DNA of 64,000 bases from Terriglobia bacterium (GTDB taxonomy: Bacteria; Acidobacteriota; Terriglobia; Bryobacterales; Bryobacteraceae). Shown in pieces: positions 1 through 9,980 of the stretch. Location of the stretch: the NCBI GenBank assembly GCA_025358575.1, contig JANYJA010000136.1, positions 3,173-67,172 of the forward strand, in the 5' to 3' direction. Each line of letters starts with the position of its first letter. The first letter of the stretch is position 1. The position numbers were made by a program, and so were the translations under genes. Under the pieces are notes generated by a model. It was given only the letters and a program-made list of their open reading frames with translations, was not told the origin of the DNA and did not search any database.

Positions 1-243
1 GACAAGCTGATTTCAAATATGCCAGAAGTGGTGCGCGCGCTGGTGGCACCTCTGGCCAACGTAGACAAGATCACGATTGTATCGACCGGCAACGGCGATA
101 CGGCGGGCATGAGCAAGATTACCGGAGACATCACAAAGATTGCGGCGCAAGTTCCGGCGCTCTTCGAGACGCTGTCCGGTATGCAGATGTCGGAATTATT
201 CGCCAAGCTCAAAGTAATTGGCGAGAAAGACGGGCGTAAGTAA
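1..243 (+). CDS. flotillin/SPFH-family protein, C-terminal fragment (5' end lies outside the window)
   Basis: Frame 1 is open from base 1 (DKLISNMPEVVRALVAPLANVDKITIVSTGNGD...). The tail resembles bacterial flotillin (FloT/YqiK) C-termini. Stop at 241-243. pspA follows 12 nt later behind an AAGGAG Shine-Dalgarno. Confidence 0.55.
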   Translation, partial: DKLISNMPEVVRALVAPLANVDKITIVSTGNGDTAGMSKITGDITKIAAQVPALFETLSGMQMSELFAKLKVIGEKDGRK

Positions 244-255
244 AAGGAGAACATC

Positions 256-915
256 ATGGCACTGCTAGAACGAGTAACCACACTGCTTCGCGCAAATCTG
301 AACGACTTGGTGGATCGCGCCGAAAACCCGGAAGTGATGCTAAAACAAGTGATTCTCGACATGGAGAATCAGCTATTGCAAGTAAAGACGCAGGTTGCTA
401 TCTCGATTGCCGATCATCATCTGCTGGAGCGCAAATGCACTGAGAATCAGGACAAGAGCGAAGACTGGATGCGGAAAGCCGGTCTGGCACTTGGCAAGCA
501 AGACGACGAACTTGCGCGAACGGCGGTGGAACGAGCGCTTAGCTGCCGGCAGCTTGCCGAAAGTTTCTCACAGCAGATTGCCGATCAAAAAGTACAAGTG
601 GAGAATCTAAAGACCGCGCTGCAGCGCCTGGATCAGAAGCTGGTAGAGGCAAAGTCGAAGGCTGAGTTACTGGGGGCGCAAAGCCGTAGGGCGCGCGCGA
701 TGAACAAAGCGTCGCAGGCGCAGATGGCGTCCGCCGGGAGTTTGGAATCTCCTGCGTTCGCGCGTTTGACCGACAAAGTACAGCGCACCGAGGCGGTTTC
801 CGCGGCTCATGTGGAGTTGCTGCGAGGCAATGTGGACGACCGCTTTGCGGCACTCGATCGCGAAGAGAAAGTGGATCGAATTCTGGCCGAGCTTAAGTCG
901 CGCCGGATCGCTTAA
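256..915 (+). CDS. pspA: PspA/IM30 family membrane-stress protein
   Basis: 219 aa. The N-terminus MALLERVTTLLRANLNDLVDRAENPEVMLKQVILDMENQL aligns by eye with E. coli PspA ([35 protein letters not shown]). Coiled-coil composition throughout. SD AAGGAG lies upstream. Confidence 0.85.
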   Translation: MALLERVTTLLRANLNDLVDRAENPEVMLKQVILDMENQLLQVKTQVAISIADHHLLERKCTENQDKSEDWMRKAGLALGKQDDELARTAVERALSCRQLAESFSQQIADQKVQVENLKTALQRLDQKLVEAKSKAELLGAQSRRARAMNKASQAQMASAGSLESPAFARLTDKVQRTEAVSAAHVELLRGNVDDRFAALDREEKVDRILAELKSRRIA

Positions 916-1828
916 TCCACTCCATCACGGTTTCGTCGAGCCAGAATCGAGGGGCCTTACGTGCCAAGAAGCCGAGGTGTCCGCCGTGTTCGGTCGCGAC
1001 CAACGTGATCGCCGGGTTGGTGTGAAACGCAGGCTGCGCATAGGTGCTAAATGGAATGAACGGATCGTCTTTCGACTCAATGATGAGGGTTGGGACGCGA
1101 ATCTCGTTCAGGAAATTCTGCGCGGATTGGGTCGCATAATACTGGTCCGCGCCCGTAAATCCGAAGGAGGGCGCGGTGATCTGGTCGTCAATTTCGTAAA
1201 TGCTACGGGGGCGCTCGAGCTGCTCACGCGTATAGCGGCCAGTGGCGAATAGGCGCTTTCGCATACGCTCAAGAAACCGGAGCTCATAGATCCGGTTGCG
1301 CGGTTGACCGAGCCGCTCCGTGCAGACCGCGAGATTGATCGGCGTGGAAATCGCGCACACGCCACGAATCAGTTCACCGCCCGAGGGGCCAAGCTCACCG
1401 GCAAGTTTCAGGGCGACGTTTCCGCCTAACGAAAACCCCACCAGGAAAACAGGTCCGGGCAATTGACGCAGGAAGGATAGCAGGTCACTAGTGAGGCCGG
1501 CGTGATAAAGCGTGGTGCAGTGCTTCTCAGTGCCGCCGCACGTACGCATGTTAAAGCGGTGAATGGTGAACTGCTCGGTCAGCGCCGCGAACGCTAACGT
1601 TTGGATGTAACCCGCGTCGCCCGATCCTTCAAGTCCATGGAGCATGACGACTGCGCCGCGCGCATTCCCGAGAGGCCGCTGCGTGGTGACGAGGACTTCG
1701 ACCTCAGGCTCAGTCCGGTAGAGCTTTGACTCCGTCTGGAAAGGCGAGAAATCAAATTTGCGAGGCCAGAAATTCGAGAGGATAGTTAACAGATCCGGAT
1801 TGCGAACAATCGGAACGAAGGGCCGCAA
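893..1828 (-). CDS. alpha/beta-fold hydrolase (YheT/ABHD-like)
   Basis: 311 aa with HGLEGSGDAGY and a GFSLGGN nucleophile elbow (GxSxG). TTG start 4 nt after the POT gene stop. Confidence 0.8.
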   Translation of the reverse strand: MRPFVPIVRNPDLLTILSNFWPRKFDFSPFQTESKLYRTEPEVEVLVTTQRPLGNARGAVVMLHGLEGSGDAGYIQTLAFAALTEQFTIHRFNMRTCGGTEKHCTTLYHAGLTSDLLSFLRQLPGPVFLVGFSLGGNVALKLAGELGPSGGELIRGVCAISTPINLAVCTERLGQPRNRIYELRFLERMRKRLFATGRYTREQLERPRSIYEIDDQITAPSFGFTGADQYYATQSAQNFLNEIRVPTLIIESKDDPFIPFSTYAQPAFHTNPAITLVATEHGGHLGFLARKAPRFWLDETVMEWIKRSGAT

Positions 1829-1832
1829 CGCG

Positions 1833-3281
1833 CTAATTTACCCCGCCCATCAGCCGCTTCATCGGCCGGACGAGCAGCGCGAGACCGAGGCCGAGTAAGA
1901 TGCAAAACGCCGCGACGATGCCGAATAGCCAGTTCAGCGGGAACGATTCATAAAGCGATGCGAGCCGCCCGCTGATGTAATTCCCGATTGAATCCGCAAG
2001 GAACCAAACGCCCATCATGAGGCTGGCGACGCGCGCGGGGGCGAGCTTGGTCATGGCGCTGAGACCCACGGGGCTGAGACACATCTCGCCGAGCGTTTGC
2101 AGCAGATATGTCATCGTCAGCCACATAGGGCTCACGCCTGCGCGCAGCGCCACCGGAATTAGGATCGCAAAACTGAGGCCCGCGAAGAGAAGGCCAATAG
2201 AAAACTTCGCCGCACTGGATGGGTTGCGTGTGCCGAGCCGCACCCAGATCCACGCGAAAAGCGGGGCCAGCATGATAACGAAGAGAGCGGGCAGCGACTG
2301 GAACCATCCCGCCGGAAATCCGTTGAACCAGTGCCGGTCGGTGTTGCGTTCCGCAAAGAGGCTGAGCGTGGAGCCGGCCTGTTCATAGGCCGACCAAAAG
2401 AGGCACGCGGCGACGAACAGCACGAAGATCGCGATGAGGCGTTTGCGATCCACAGGCGGCCAGTCTCCGCCGAAGAGCAGCCATCCGAATAACGCGACCA
2501 CGATGGTGGTGAGCAGGATTCCAAATGCATTCGAAAGCACCGCCACGGAGAGCGCGCCAGTCGCGGCGAGCCCGGCTACTGTGACGACGATGGTGAATGC
2601 GGCAGCTAAACCAATCACAAGATTGCGTTTGCGCGACGAAGCTTCCCGAGCCGAGCTGACCGGCGCTGGATTGCGACCGGCATCGCCCAGGTAACGGAGG
2701 CCGAGAACATACTGAATTAACCCGGCAGTCATACCGATACCAGCCAGCGCGAAACCATAGTGCCAGTTCACTTTTTCGCCGAGGTAACTGCAGGCCAGCG
2801 GCGCGACGAACGCTCCCAGATTGATCCCCATATAAAAGATAGAAAAACCCGCGTCGCGTCGCGGATCGTTTTGAGCATAGAGCTGGCCGACCATGGTGCT
2901 GACGTTGGGCTTCAGCAGTCCCGTGCCGATGGTGATGAGAACCAGTCCGAAGTAAAACGTGTTGATGGATGGAAAAGCGAGACAGAAATGTCCCAGCGCG
3001 ATGACGATGCCGCCATACAGAACGGCTTTGCGCGCGCCGATGATCTGGTCCGCAATCCATCCGCCCGGAAGGCCAAGCAGATACACCATCCCCGTGTAGA
3101 GCCCATAAATCGCTCCGGCTTTTAGCGCAGGAAATCCGAGACCGCCATGATCGGTGCTCGCAACCATGAACAGGATCAGCAACCCGCGCATTCCGTAGTA
3201 GCTGAACCGCTCCCAGAGTTCGGTAAAGAAGAGTGTTGCGAGGCCGCGCGGATGCCCGAAGAAGCGGTGATCGTCGTTCAT
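1833..3281 (-). CDS. POT/PTR2-family di/tripeptide:proton symporter (MFS)
   Basis: 482 aa, multi-TM. PTR2 signature region FFTELWERFSYYGMRGLLILFM near the N-terminus. Its ATG overlaps the upstream decarboxylase stop (ATGA). Confidence 0.9.
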   Translation of the reverse strand: MNDDHRFFGHPRGLATLFFTELWERFSYYGMRGLLILFMVASTDHGGLGFPALKAGAIYGLYTGMVYLLGLPGGWIADQIIGARKAVLYGGIVIALGHFCLAFPSINTFYFGLVLITIGTGLLKPNVSTMVGQLYAQNDPRRDAGFSIFYMGINLGAFVAPLACSYLGEKVNWHYGFALAGIGMTAGLIQYVLGLRYLGDAGRNPAPVSSAREASSRKRNLVIGLAAAFTIVVTVAGLAATGALSVAVLSNAFGILLTTIVVALFGWLLFGGDWPPVDRKRLIAIFVLFVAACLFWSAYEQAGSTLSLFAERNTDRHWFNGFPAGWFQSLPALFVIMLAPLFAWIWVRLGTRNPSSAAKFSIGLLFAGLSFAILIPVALRAGVSPMWLTMTYLLQTLGEMCLSPVGLSAMTKLAPARVASLMMGVWFLADSIGNYISGRLASLYESFPLNWLFGIVAAFCILLGLGLALLVRPMKRLMGGVN

Positions 3282-4669
3282 GACGCCTCATTATAAGGTG
3301 CGTTTTCGGAAATGCGCTGCCATGCGCGCAGCACATGTTCGCGCCGCGTGGCCATGTTTCCAATGGCGAGCCGGATCACGAACTGCCCGTGTAAAACGGT
3401 ATGAGAAAGAAACACATCGCCTCCGTCATTGACCTTGTGCATTAAGGTTTCATTGGCTTCGTTCGGACCCTTCAATCGAAAGCACACAACGGAGAATGGA
3501 AAGGGCGCGGAGATTTCGAAGCGATCGTCGGCAACTATCCACGCGGCGAATTCGCGCGCCATGGCGAGCTGATCGCGGATCATGCCGGCAGCTTGGTCGC
3601 GTCCGTAATAGCGCATCACAAACCAGAGCTTCAACGCACGGAAGCGCCGCCCCAGCGGAATTCCGTACTCCATATAATTTAGCGCGCGCGGATTCTCTTG
3701 AGTTCGCAAATATTCCGGCACCAGCGAAAAAGCACGTCGAAGGATATCGGGGCGGCGGGTGTAGAGAACGCTCAAGTCGAGCGGAACGAACAACCACTTG
3801 TGGGGGTTCATGACGATGGAATCGGCACGTTCCCATCCTGCAAGTAGCGGCTGCAACTCCGGCACGATGGCGGCGCTCCCGGCATAGGCGGCGTCCACGT
3901 GCAGCCACATGCCGAAGCGCTCGGCGATGTTGGCGATTTCGTTTACGGGATCGATGCTGGTAGTTGAAGTGGTTCCGATGGTCGCGACGACGCAGAATGG
4001 ACGCAGGCCGGCGTCGATATCTTGGGTGATGGCACGTTCGAGCGCGGCTGAGTCCATGCGAAACTCGCGATCGACCGAAATTTTGCGCACGTTCTTTTGA
4101 CCAATACCGATGGCGATTGCGCCTTTCTCGATGGATGAGTGCGCTTGCTCGGAGCAGTAGAGAATGAGGTCGGTGACTCCGCCCGCTGCGTGAACCTCAG
4201 GCGCTTTGGCCTCGCGCGCGGCGGCAATAGCGTGCATGCTGCTGGTGGATGCGGTGTCGAAAATAATTCCGAAAGTTTCTGGCGGGAGCCCGAGCCACTG
4301 ACGCAGCCAATCAAGCGTGACCTGTTCAAGTTCGGTCAGTCCTGGGGATGTTTTCCAGAGAATACCGTTGACGTTGAGACCGGCCGTGAGCATCTCGGCG
4401 AGGATGCCCGGCCCGGATGATGACGTCGCGAAATACGCCATGAACCCGGGGTGATTCCAGTGCGTGAGCGCGGGGACTATCTGGCTTTCGAAGTCGGCCA
4501 TTATGGCGCTGATCGATTCGGGACGATCTGGCGCGGAGGCTGGCAACCGATCGATCAACTCGCCGGGCCGGGCGCGCGAAAGCACCTTTACCGCTTCGGG
4601 CCGCGCGAGAAAGTCTGCAAGCCAATCCACCACATTGTGGCCCGCGGCGCGGAACTCTTCAGGAGACAT
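3278..4669 (-). CDS. PLP-dependent group II decarboxylase (aromatic-L-amino-acid decarboxylase-like)
   Basis: 463 aa. HWNHPGFMAYFATS, PLP-lysine motif NPHKWLFVPLD and GIPLGRRFRALKLWFVMR are typical of DDC/TyDC-type enzymes. Confidence 0.85.
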   Translation of the reverse strand: MSPEEFRAAGHNVVDWLADFLARPEAVKVLSRARPGELIDRLPASAPDRPESISAIMADFESQIVPALTHWNHPGFMAYFATSSSGPGILAEMLTAGLNVNGILWKTSPGLTELEQVTLDWLRQWLGLPPETFGIIFDTASTSSMHAIAAAREAKAPEVHAAGGVTDLILYCSEQAHSSIEKGAIAIGIGQKNVRKISVDREFRMDSAALERAITQDIDAGLRPFCVVATIGTTSTTSIDPVNEIANIAERFGMWLHVDAAYAGSAAIVPELQPLLAGWERADSIVMNPHKWLFVPLDLSVLYTRRPDILRRAFSLVPEYLRTQENPRALNYMEYGIPLGRRFRALKLWFVMRYYGRDQAAGMIRDQLAMAREFAAWIVADDRFEISAPFPFSVVCFRLKGPNEANETLMHKVNDGGDVFLSHTVLHGQFVIRLAIGNMATRREHVLRAWQRISENAPYNEAS

Positions 4670-4673
4670 CGTT

Positions 4674-5579
4674 CTACTTCAACACGCTCGGCAGCCATTG
4701 CGGAAACCACTTCTTGAACTCCTCAAGACGAGCCGCATTTTCTTTGGCGAGGGGCACGGCGAGCGGGCCCACTTTGATTCCGCGGGCGGTGGTGGCTACT
4801 TTGATCCCGACCGGCGCAGGAAAGCGATCGATCCACGAAATGAATTCCTGAAGCTTCCGTTCGAGTGCTTGAACTCTTTCGGTGGCGTTTTCGCAGATGG
4901 CGCGATTCAGCGCAACCAGAAGTTCCGGCACCGCGCACGCAACACCGGAGATCACGCCATCAGCACCTTCGGCCTTCGCGCGCGTGAACAAAGAATCGTT
5001 GCCGACCATCAGCGCGAAATCGCATTCATCGCGAAAGGTGCGCAGCTTTTGGAAATAGTCCCAGTCACCGCTGGAATCCTTGATGCCCACGAACCGTCCC
5101 GTCCCAAGAAGCGTCCGCGCAGTCTCAATGCTAAACCCCGTGGTGAATTGCGGAATATTGTAGAGCAAGATCGGCGTCGATTTCGGCACCGAGCCGGCGA
5201 ACTGCAGACAGAATTCGATGACTTCGTCCTGCGAATAGTGGAAGAAATACGGCGGCATAACAAGCAACCCGACAGCGCCGGATGACATCGCCTCGTCCGC
5301 AAGTTCAAGCGCGCCATCGAGCGTGGAGTGAGATACGCCGGCAATGATCGGCACGCGGCTCCGCTTCACCGCGAGATGCACTAACCGAATGCGCTCGGCT
5401 AGTTTGACGTTGATAAATTCGCCGGTCGCGCCGAGCAGGCAGATTCCCTGCACGCCATTGCGACCGAGGAAATCAACCAGTTCCAGCATGGCGGCGAAGT
5501 CGGCTTCGTAGCCTTCGCGCCGGTGCGGTGTGACGGCGGCTGCGAATACTCCAGTGAATTGGGGTGCGTGCGCGGCCAC
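4674..5579 (-). CDS. dihydrodipicolinate synthase/N-acetylneuraminate lyase family class I aldolase
   Basis: 301 aa. Family motifs GATGEF, YNIP and the Schiff-base lysine context VGIKDSSGD. GTG start 17 nt after the hisA stop. Confidence 0.8.
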   Translation of the reverse strand: MAAHAPQFTGVFAAAVTPHRREGYEADFAAMLELVDFLGRNGVQGICLLGATGEFINVKLAERIRLVHLAVKRSRVPIIAGVSHSTLDGALELADEAMSSGAVGLLVMPPYFFHYSQDEVIEFCLQFAGSVPKSTPILLYNIPQFTTGFSIETARTLLGTGRFVGIKDSSGDWDYFQKLRTFRDECDFALMVGNDSLFTRAKAEGADGVISGVACAVPELLVALNRAICENATERVQALERKLQEFISWIDRFPAPVGIKVATTARGIKVGPLAVPLAKENAARLEEFKKWFPQWLPSVLK

Positions 5580-5596
5580 GTTGTCTGCGCTTTAAT

Positions 5597-6298
5597 CTAA
5601 CACGAAGACATTCGGCTTAATTCGGCCAAGTCGAGGCTGCCGGTGTAAATCGCCATGCCTACGGCGCAATGAATGCGCATGGATTGCAAGGCGCGAATGT
5701 CATCAAGCGTGGTGATCCCGCCGGCTGCGGTGATCTCATGCGAAGTAGCGTGGCGCAGGCGCTCGAACCACGCGAGGTCGGTGCCCTGCAGCATCCCTTC
5801 CTTATCCACATAAGTGCACAAGAAGCCCGAGCAATAGGGCTCGAAGGCGCGGATCACTTCTTCGGCCGTGAACGGGAGTGCCTCACGCCATCCTTTCACG
5901 ACGATATTTCCATGCATCGAATCGAGAGCAATGACGATCCGTTCCGCTCCCACCGTCGCCGCCAACGCGCGCAGATATTCGTGATGCGGACCATTCGAAT
6001 TAAAAGCGGCCGTGCCGACGATAATCCGAAAGACGCCCTGCGCAATCAGCGTTTCCGCGCGTGCCACTGAGCGAACGCCACCGCCCACGCGGGTTCTCGC
6101 GCGCGCTGCCAGTGTCTGGACGAGATCGTCATTCGCGCCTTTACCAATCGCCGCGTCGAGATCGATCACCTGAATCTCTGGAAACCCCGCGAACTTTTTC
6201 AGCATCTCTAGCGGCGCATCGCCCTCTAGCGCCTTATCGCGTCCCTGCACCAACTGGACCACCTTGCCGCCCATCAGATCGATACACGGGATGATCAA
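5597..6298 (-). CDS. hisA: ProFAR isomerase HisA
   Basis: 233 aa. [19 protein letters not shown] with (beta/alpha)8 HisA/HisF-like repeats. TTG start overlaps the hisF TGA (TTGA). Confidence 0.9.
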   Translation of the reverse strand: MIIPCIDLMGGKVVQLVQGRDKALEGDAPLEMLKKFAGFPEIQVIDLDAAIGKGANDDLVQTLAARARTRVGGGVRSVARAETLIAQGVFRIIVGTAAFNSNGPHHEYLRALAATVGAERIVIALDSMHGNIVVKGWREALPFTAEEVIRAFEPYCSGFLCTYVDKEGMLQGTDLAWFERLRHATSHEITAAGGITTLDDIRALQSMRIHCAVGMAIYTGSLDLAELSRMSSC

Positions 6299-7056
6299 AT
6301 GATTCTCCTCACGGGAATACCGGCTTTATCTAGATGCTCTTTCAATTGTTCGACGGTATATGTGCCGTAGTGAAAGATGGAGGCGGCCAGCGCGGCATCC
6401 GCCTCGCCATCGGTGAGCACTTTGGTGAAATCGTCAGGCTTCCCGGCGCCGCCGGAAGCGATCAGCGGAATATTGGTGGCGCGTGAAACGGTGCGCGTGA
6501 GTTGGCAGTCGAAGCCCGCCTGCACTCCGTCGCTATCCATGGAAGTCAGCAAGATTTCGCCGGCGCCCAACTGTTCGCCGCGGGCCGCCCACTCTACTGC
6601 GTCGATGCCCTCGTCATCGCGCCCGCCGCGCGTGTAGACGTTCCAGCCGCGCGGTGAACGACGCGCATCGATGGCGAGAACCACGGCTTGCGCGCCGAAT
6701 TCGCCGCTCAATTCGGAGATCAATTCGGGACGCCGTACGGCCGCCGTGTTCACCGAAACTTTGTCCGCGCCCGAGATCAAGATTTGACGCGCATCGGCGA
6801 TGGATCGAATACCGCCGCCGACGGCCAGCGGGATGAATACTTTTCGGGCCGTGCGTGCCACCACTTCCGCCATGATGGCGCGAGCGTCGCTGGATGCGGT
6901 GATGTCGAGAAACACAAGCTCATCCGCGCCCTCTCTGTTGTAGCGATCCGCCAGCTCAACCGGATCGCCTGCATCGCGCAGATTCACGAAGTTGACGCCC
7001 TTCACGACGCGGCCGTCAGTCACGTCGAGACAAGGGATGATGCGTTTCGCGAGCAT
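6295..7056 (-). CDS. hisF: imidazole glycerol phosphate synthase cyclase subunit HisF
   Basis: 253 aa. [34 protein letters not shown] is canonical HisF. Confidence 0.95.
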   Translation of the reverse strand: MLAKRIIPCLDVTDGRVVKGVNFVNLRDAGDPVELADRYNREGADELVFLDITASSDARAIMAEVVARTARKVFIPLAVGGGIRSIADARQILISGADKVSVNTAAVRRPELISELSGEFGAQAVVLAIDARRSPRGWNVYTRGGRDDEGIDAVEWAARGEQLGAGEILLTSMDSDGVQAGFDCQLTRTVSRATNIPLIASGGAGKPDDFTKVLTDGEADAALAASIFHYGTYTVEQLKEHLDKAGIPVRRII

Positions 7057-7650
7057 CTACAAATCCACGAAATTGCGCATGATCGCAAGACCAGCCGCGC
7101 CAGATTTCTCCGGATGAAACTGCACGCCGAAGATGTTGCCCGATTCCAGCACGGCCGTATACGGGACTGTGTACGTGCAGACAGCGGCTGCCGCTGCTGT
7201 TTCGGGAATGTAGTAACTGTGGGCGAAATAGACATGCGGGGACGCGCCCAAACCGCGCATGAGAAGCGATTCGGACCGGCGCTCCAGCGTGTTCCAGCCC
7301 ATGTGCGGCACGCGGGCCACAGTCCCAAAGCGCTCCACTTCGCCTCGAAACACGGCTAGGCCAGATTCTCCCGGCGCTTCCGCACTGCGCTCAAAGAGCG
7401 CTTGCAGGCCGAGGCAGATTCCGAGGAACGGGACGCCCGCGTATATGCGTTCAAGAAGCGCGCCGCGCACGTCCAACTTGTCAAGCTCACGCATCATCTG
7501 TCCGAAGTGGCCAACGCCGGGAAGAATAATCTTCGGTGCCTTAGCCAGGGCCGCGGCGTCGCGCACCAGTTCGTATTCGGCACCGATTTCATCTAGCGTG
7601 TTCTGCACCGATCGCAGGTTGCCCGCGCCATAGTCCAGAATCGCGATCAC
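7057..7650 (-). CDS. hisH: imidazole glycerol phosphate synthase glutaminase subunit HisH
   Basis: The core starts at [15 protein letters not shown], with class I GATase motifs (GICLGLQ, FHPEKS). I place the start at GTG 7650, which overlaps the hisB TGA (GTGA). The longer track ORF to 7731 would overlap hisB by 85 nt. Confidence 0.88.
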   Translation of the reverse strand: MIAILDYGAGNLRSVQNTLDEIGAEYELVRDAAALAKAPKIILPGVGHFGQMMRELDKLDVRGALLERIYAGVPFLGICLGLQALFERSAEAPGESGLAVFRGEVERFGTVARVPHMGWNTLERRSESLLMRGLGASPHVYFAHSYYIPETAAAAAVCTYTVPYTAVLESGNIFGVQFHPEKSGAAGLAIMRNFVDL

Positions 7651-8237
7651 AAGAGACCCTTCGTTGATGGCAGTTGATCCTTGAGCCGGGGATCGGTGGA
7701 ACACGCATATTTCAGCGCCCGCGCAAAGCACTTAAATATGGCTTCTACTTTGTGATGATTCGACCGGCCGTATAAAACTTTCACGTGCAAGTTCGCCCCA
7801 GCGTGATTCACGAAGCCGCCGAAGAAATCTTCCAGCAATTCGGTTTGCAGGTCGCCCACCACCCGCACCTTCACCAGATCCTTGTACACAAGAGCCGGGC
7901 GGCCGCCAAGATCGAGCGCGGCAACGGCCAGGGTCTCATCCATGGCCTGAACAAAATAGCCCGCCCGATTAATTCCCTTACGATCGCCAAGGGCTTTGGC
8001 GAACAATTGCCCGAGCGCGATGCCAACGTCTTCCACCGTGTGATGCTGATCCACATCGAGATCGCCCGCGGCGTTGAGATCGAGATCGAAGCCACCGTGC
8101 TTGGCGAATAACTCAAGCATATGATCGAAGAAACGGACGCCGGTCGCGATGGAATAACGGCCCTTGCCTTCGATGCGCAGCGTTCCGCTAATCTGCGTTT
8201 CTTTGGTATCCCGTTGCAGAGTGGCGCGGCGCATCAC
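7647..8237 (-). CDS. hisB: imidazoleglycerol-phosphate dehydratase HisB (monofunctional, no phosphatase domain)
   Basis: 196 aa. [16 protein letters not shown]...[14 protein letters not shown]...[18 protein letters not shown] are IGPD motifs. The length matches a dehydratase-only form. Confidence 0.95.
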   Translation of the reverse strand: MMRRATLQRDTKETQISGTLRIEGKGRYSIATGVRFFDHMLELFAKHGGFDLDLNAAGDLDVDQHHTVEDVGIALGQLFAKALGDRKGINRAGYFVQAMDETLAVAALDLGGRPALVYKDLVKVRVVGDLQTELLEDFFGGFVNHAGANLHVKVLYGRSNHHKVEAIFKCFARALKYACSTDPRLKDQLPSTKGLL

Positions 8238-8908
8238 TCGATTACGCTCTCTAACTGGTTGATGCTGTCGAGAACGGCAATAGCGCCTTCACTTGCGAGC
8301 AGCACGCGCAATTCCTCATATCGCGAGCTGCCTGGCGCGGCAATGCCGATAAACGGAACCCGCGCGGCGCTGGACGCACGCGCGTCGTCCACGGTGTCGC
8401 CAATGTACCAGACGCGGTCGTGCGGAACCTCTTCGAGAATCTTAATTAGGCCGTCAGGCGCGGGTTTGGTTCGCTGCACATTATCGCTGCCGACGATTGG
8501 GCAAAACATCGACGGCGCAAAACGCTTCAGTGTCAGGATCGCCTCCCACTGATATCGGCCGGTGAAGACAGAAAGACTGTAGTGCGCGAAAAGACGATCG
8601 AACAGACCTTCGCACGCTACCCACTTCTCTTGAAGAATTTTTCCATCCTCATTTGCGCCGTGGAATATTTTCTGGAAGTAGGCGACAACCGCGTCGTAGG
8701 CAGCTTTCGCGCCGGCGTCTTCGATCATGCGGTGCGACAGCGCAAAATCGTCATTCCACCCGCCTTGATTTTTGTAGTCCTGAATCTGTTCGGGCGAAAC
8801 AGAGACGCCGGCAAAATGCTGCACGGTCTCTTGAATGGTGGCGCGATAGGACTGAGTGACATCGACTAAGACGCCATCCATGTCGAAGACGAGAAGGTTT
8901 CGGGGCAT
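8234..8908 (-). CDS. HAD-superfamily (subfamily IA-like) phosphatase embedded in the his operon
   Basis: 224 aa. Motif I is FDMDGVLVD (DxDG), with a later GDTVDD motif. The stop overlaps the hisB start. The gene starts 4 nt after the hisC stop. Confidence 0.8.
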   Translation of the reverse strand: MPRNLLVFDMDGVLVDVTQSYRATIQETVQHFAGVSVSPEQIQDYKNQGGWNDDFALSHRMIEDAGAKAAYDAVVAYFQKIFHGANEDGKILQEKWVACEGLFDRLFAHYSLSVFTGRYQWEAILTLKRFAPSMFCPIVGSDNVQRTKPAPDGLIKILEEVPHDRVWYIGDTVDDARASSAARVPFIGIAAPGSSRYEELRVLLASEGAIAVLDSINQLESVIE

Positions 8909-8912
8909 TTAA

Positions 8913-9980
8913 TTACAGAATCTCCTGAAGCTCGTGGAGCAGCCTGCGAATTTGCTCCCGTGTTCCCGCGGTAATGCGTACAGCGCCGCGAATCTCGTGA
9001 GTGCGATCGCGAACCAGGATGGCGTGTTCACGCAACCCGTCGCGAACCGCGGCAGCGCGTTTGCCAAAATAGCCCAAGACGAAATTTGCCGAGCTGGGCG
9101 CATACCGGATACCAAGTTTTTCAAGACCCACGCACAGCAGCTCACGCGCGGCCAGAACTTCGGCCACATAGTTTTGTATGAATGCCTGGTCACGCACAGC
9201 CTCCCGCGCAGCCAGAGCCGCAAGCATATTTACGCTGTAAGGCGATTGGGCCTTGTGAATGTACGTGATGTTGGCGGCGTGCGAGAACAAACAGCCGACG
9301 CGCATGGCGGCCATACCGTAGACTTTAGAAAAAGTCCGGCTCACAAACAAATTCGGAAATTGCTCAAGCAGCGGCAGCGCCGTGATCCCGCAGAATTCGA
9401 AGTACGCCTCGTCAATCAGCACCACCGCGCGCCGCGCGCGTTTCAGTATCCGTTCGATCTGCGTAACCGTCGCGAGGGCTCCGGTCGGATTATTGGGATT
9501 CGAAATAAGGACAGCGCGCGTTTCGGGACAAATGGCATCTAGAAGTTCATCAATGGGAAATTGGAGGTCTGGCGGAATATAGCGAACTTCGCGGATCGAC
9601 GCGCCCGCAACTTCCGCATAGAATCGATACATTGCGTAGGATGGGGCGAGTTGCAGCACATCGTTGCCGTCATCCACATAGGTATTGATGAAAACCTGGA
9701 TCGCTTCATCGGTGCCGTTGGTGAGCACGAACTGCGAAGGATCGACGTGAAAATGCGCCGCGAGCGTATCCTTGACTTCGCGGTAGTCGGGATAGACCGA
9801 GAGCAGCTCAGGGGTTAATTTCGAACAGAGAAATTCCATCACGCGGGGCGAGCATCCCACGGTGTTCTCGTTAAAATCAAGCCGCAGTTTACCGAGCCGA
9901 CCACTGGTGGGGGGCGCGTAAGGCGCCATCTGGAGCACCGCTTTGCGCGGGCGGATCGCGCCCTTCGGTAATCTAAGCAC
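8913..9980 (-). CDS. hisC: histidinol-phosphate aminotransferase HisC
   Basis: 355 aa class II aminotransferase (NPNNPTG, SRTFSKVYGMA with the PLP lysine). The start is uncertain: GTG 9980 overlaps the hisD end by 8 nt, and an alternative ATG lies at 9929. Confidence 0.9.
   Translation of the reverse strand: MLRLPKGAIRPRKAVLQMAPYAPPTSGRLGKLRLDFNENTVGCSPRVMEFLCSKLTPELLSVYPDYREVKDTLAAHFHVDPSQFVLTNGTDEAIQVFINTYVDDGNDVLQLAPSYAMYRFYAEVAGASIREVRYIPPDLQFPIDELLDAICPETRAVLISNPNNPTGALATVTQIERILKRARRAVVLIDEAYFEFCGITALPLLEQFPNLFVSRTFSKVYGMAAMRVGCLFSHAANITYIHKAQSPYSVNMLAALAAREAVRDQAFIQNYVAEVLAARELLCVGLEKLGIRYAPSSANFVLGYFGKRAAAVRDGLREHAILVRDRTHEIRGAVRITAGTREQIRRLLHELQEIL

Noticed and set aside
2383-3363. 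Long alternative-frame and antisense ORFs inside recognisable genes. Examples: 2383-3363, 6688-7359, 20904-21605, 21755-22498, 27574-28350, 27858-28643, 33035-33847, 57689-58534, 59022-59759.
   Set aside because: They overlap CDSs with unmistakable family motifs. They have Arg/Ala/Pro/Gly/Ser-rich, low-information translations typical of shadow ORFs in GC-rich DNA. They lack sensible starts or coupling to neighbours.
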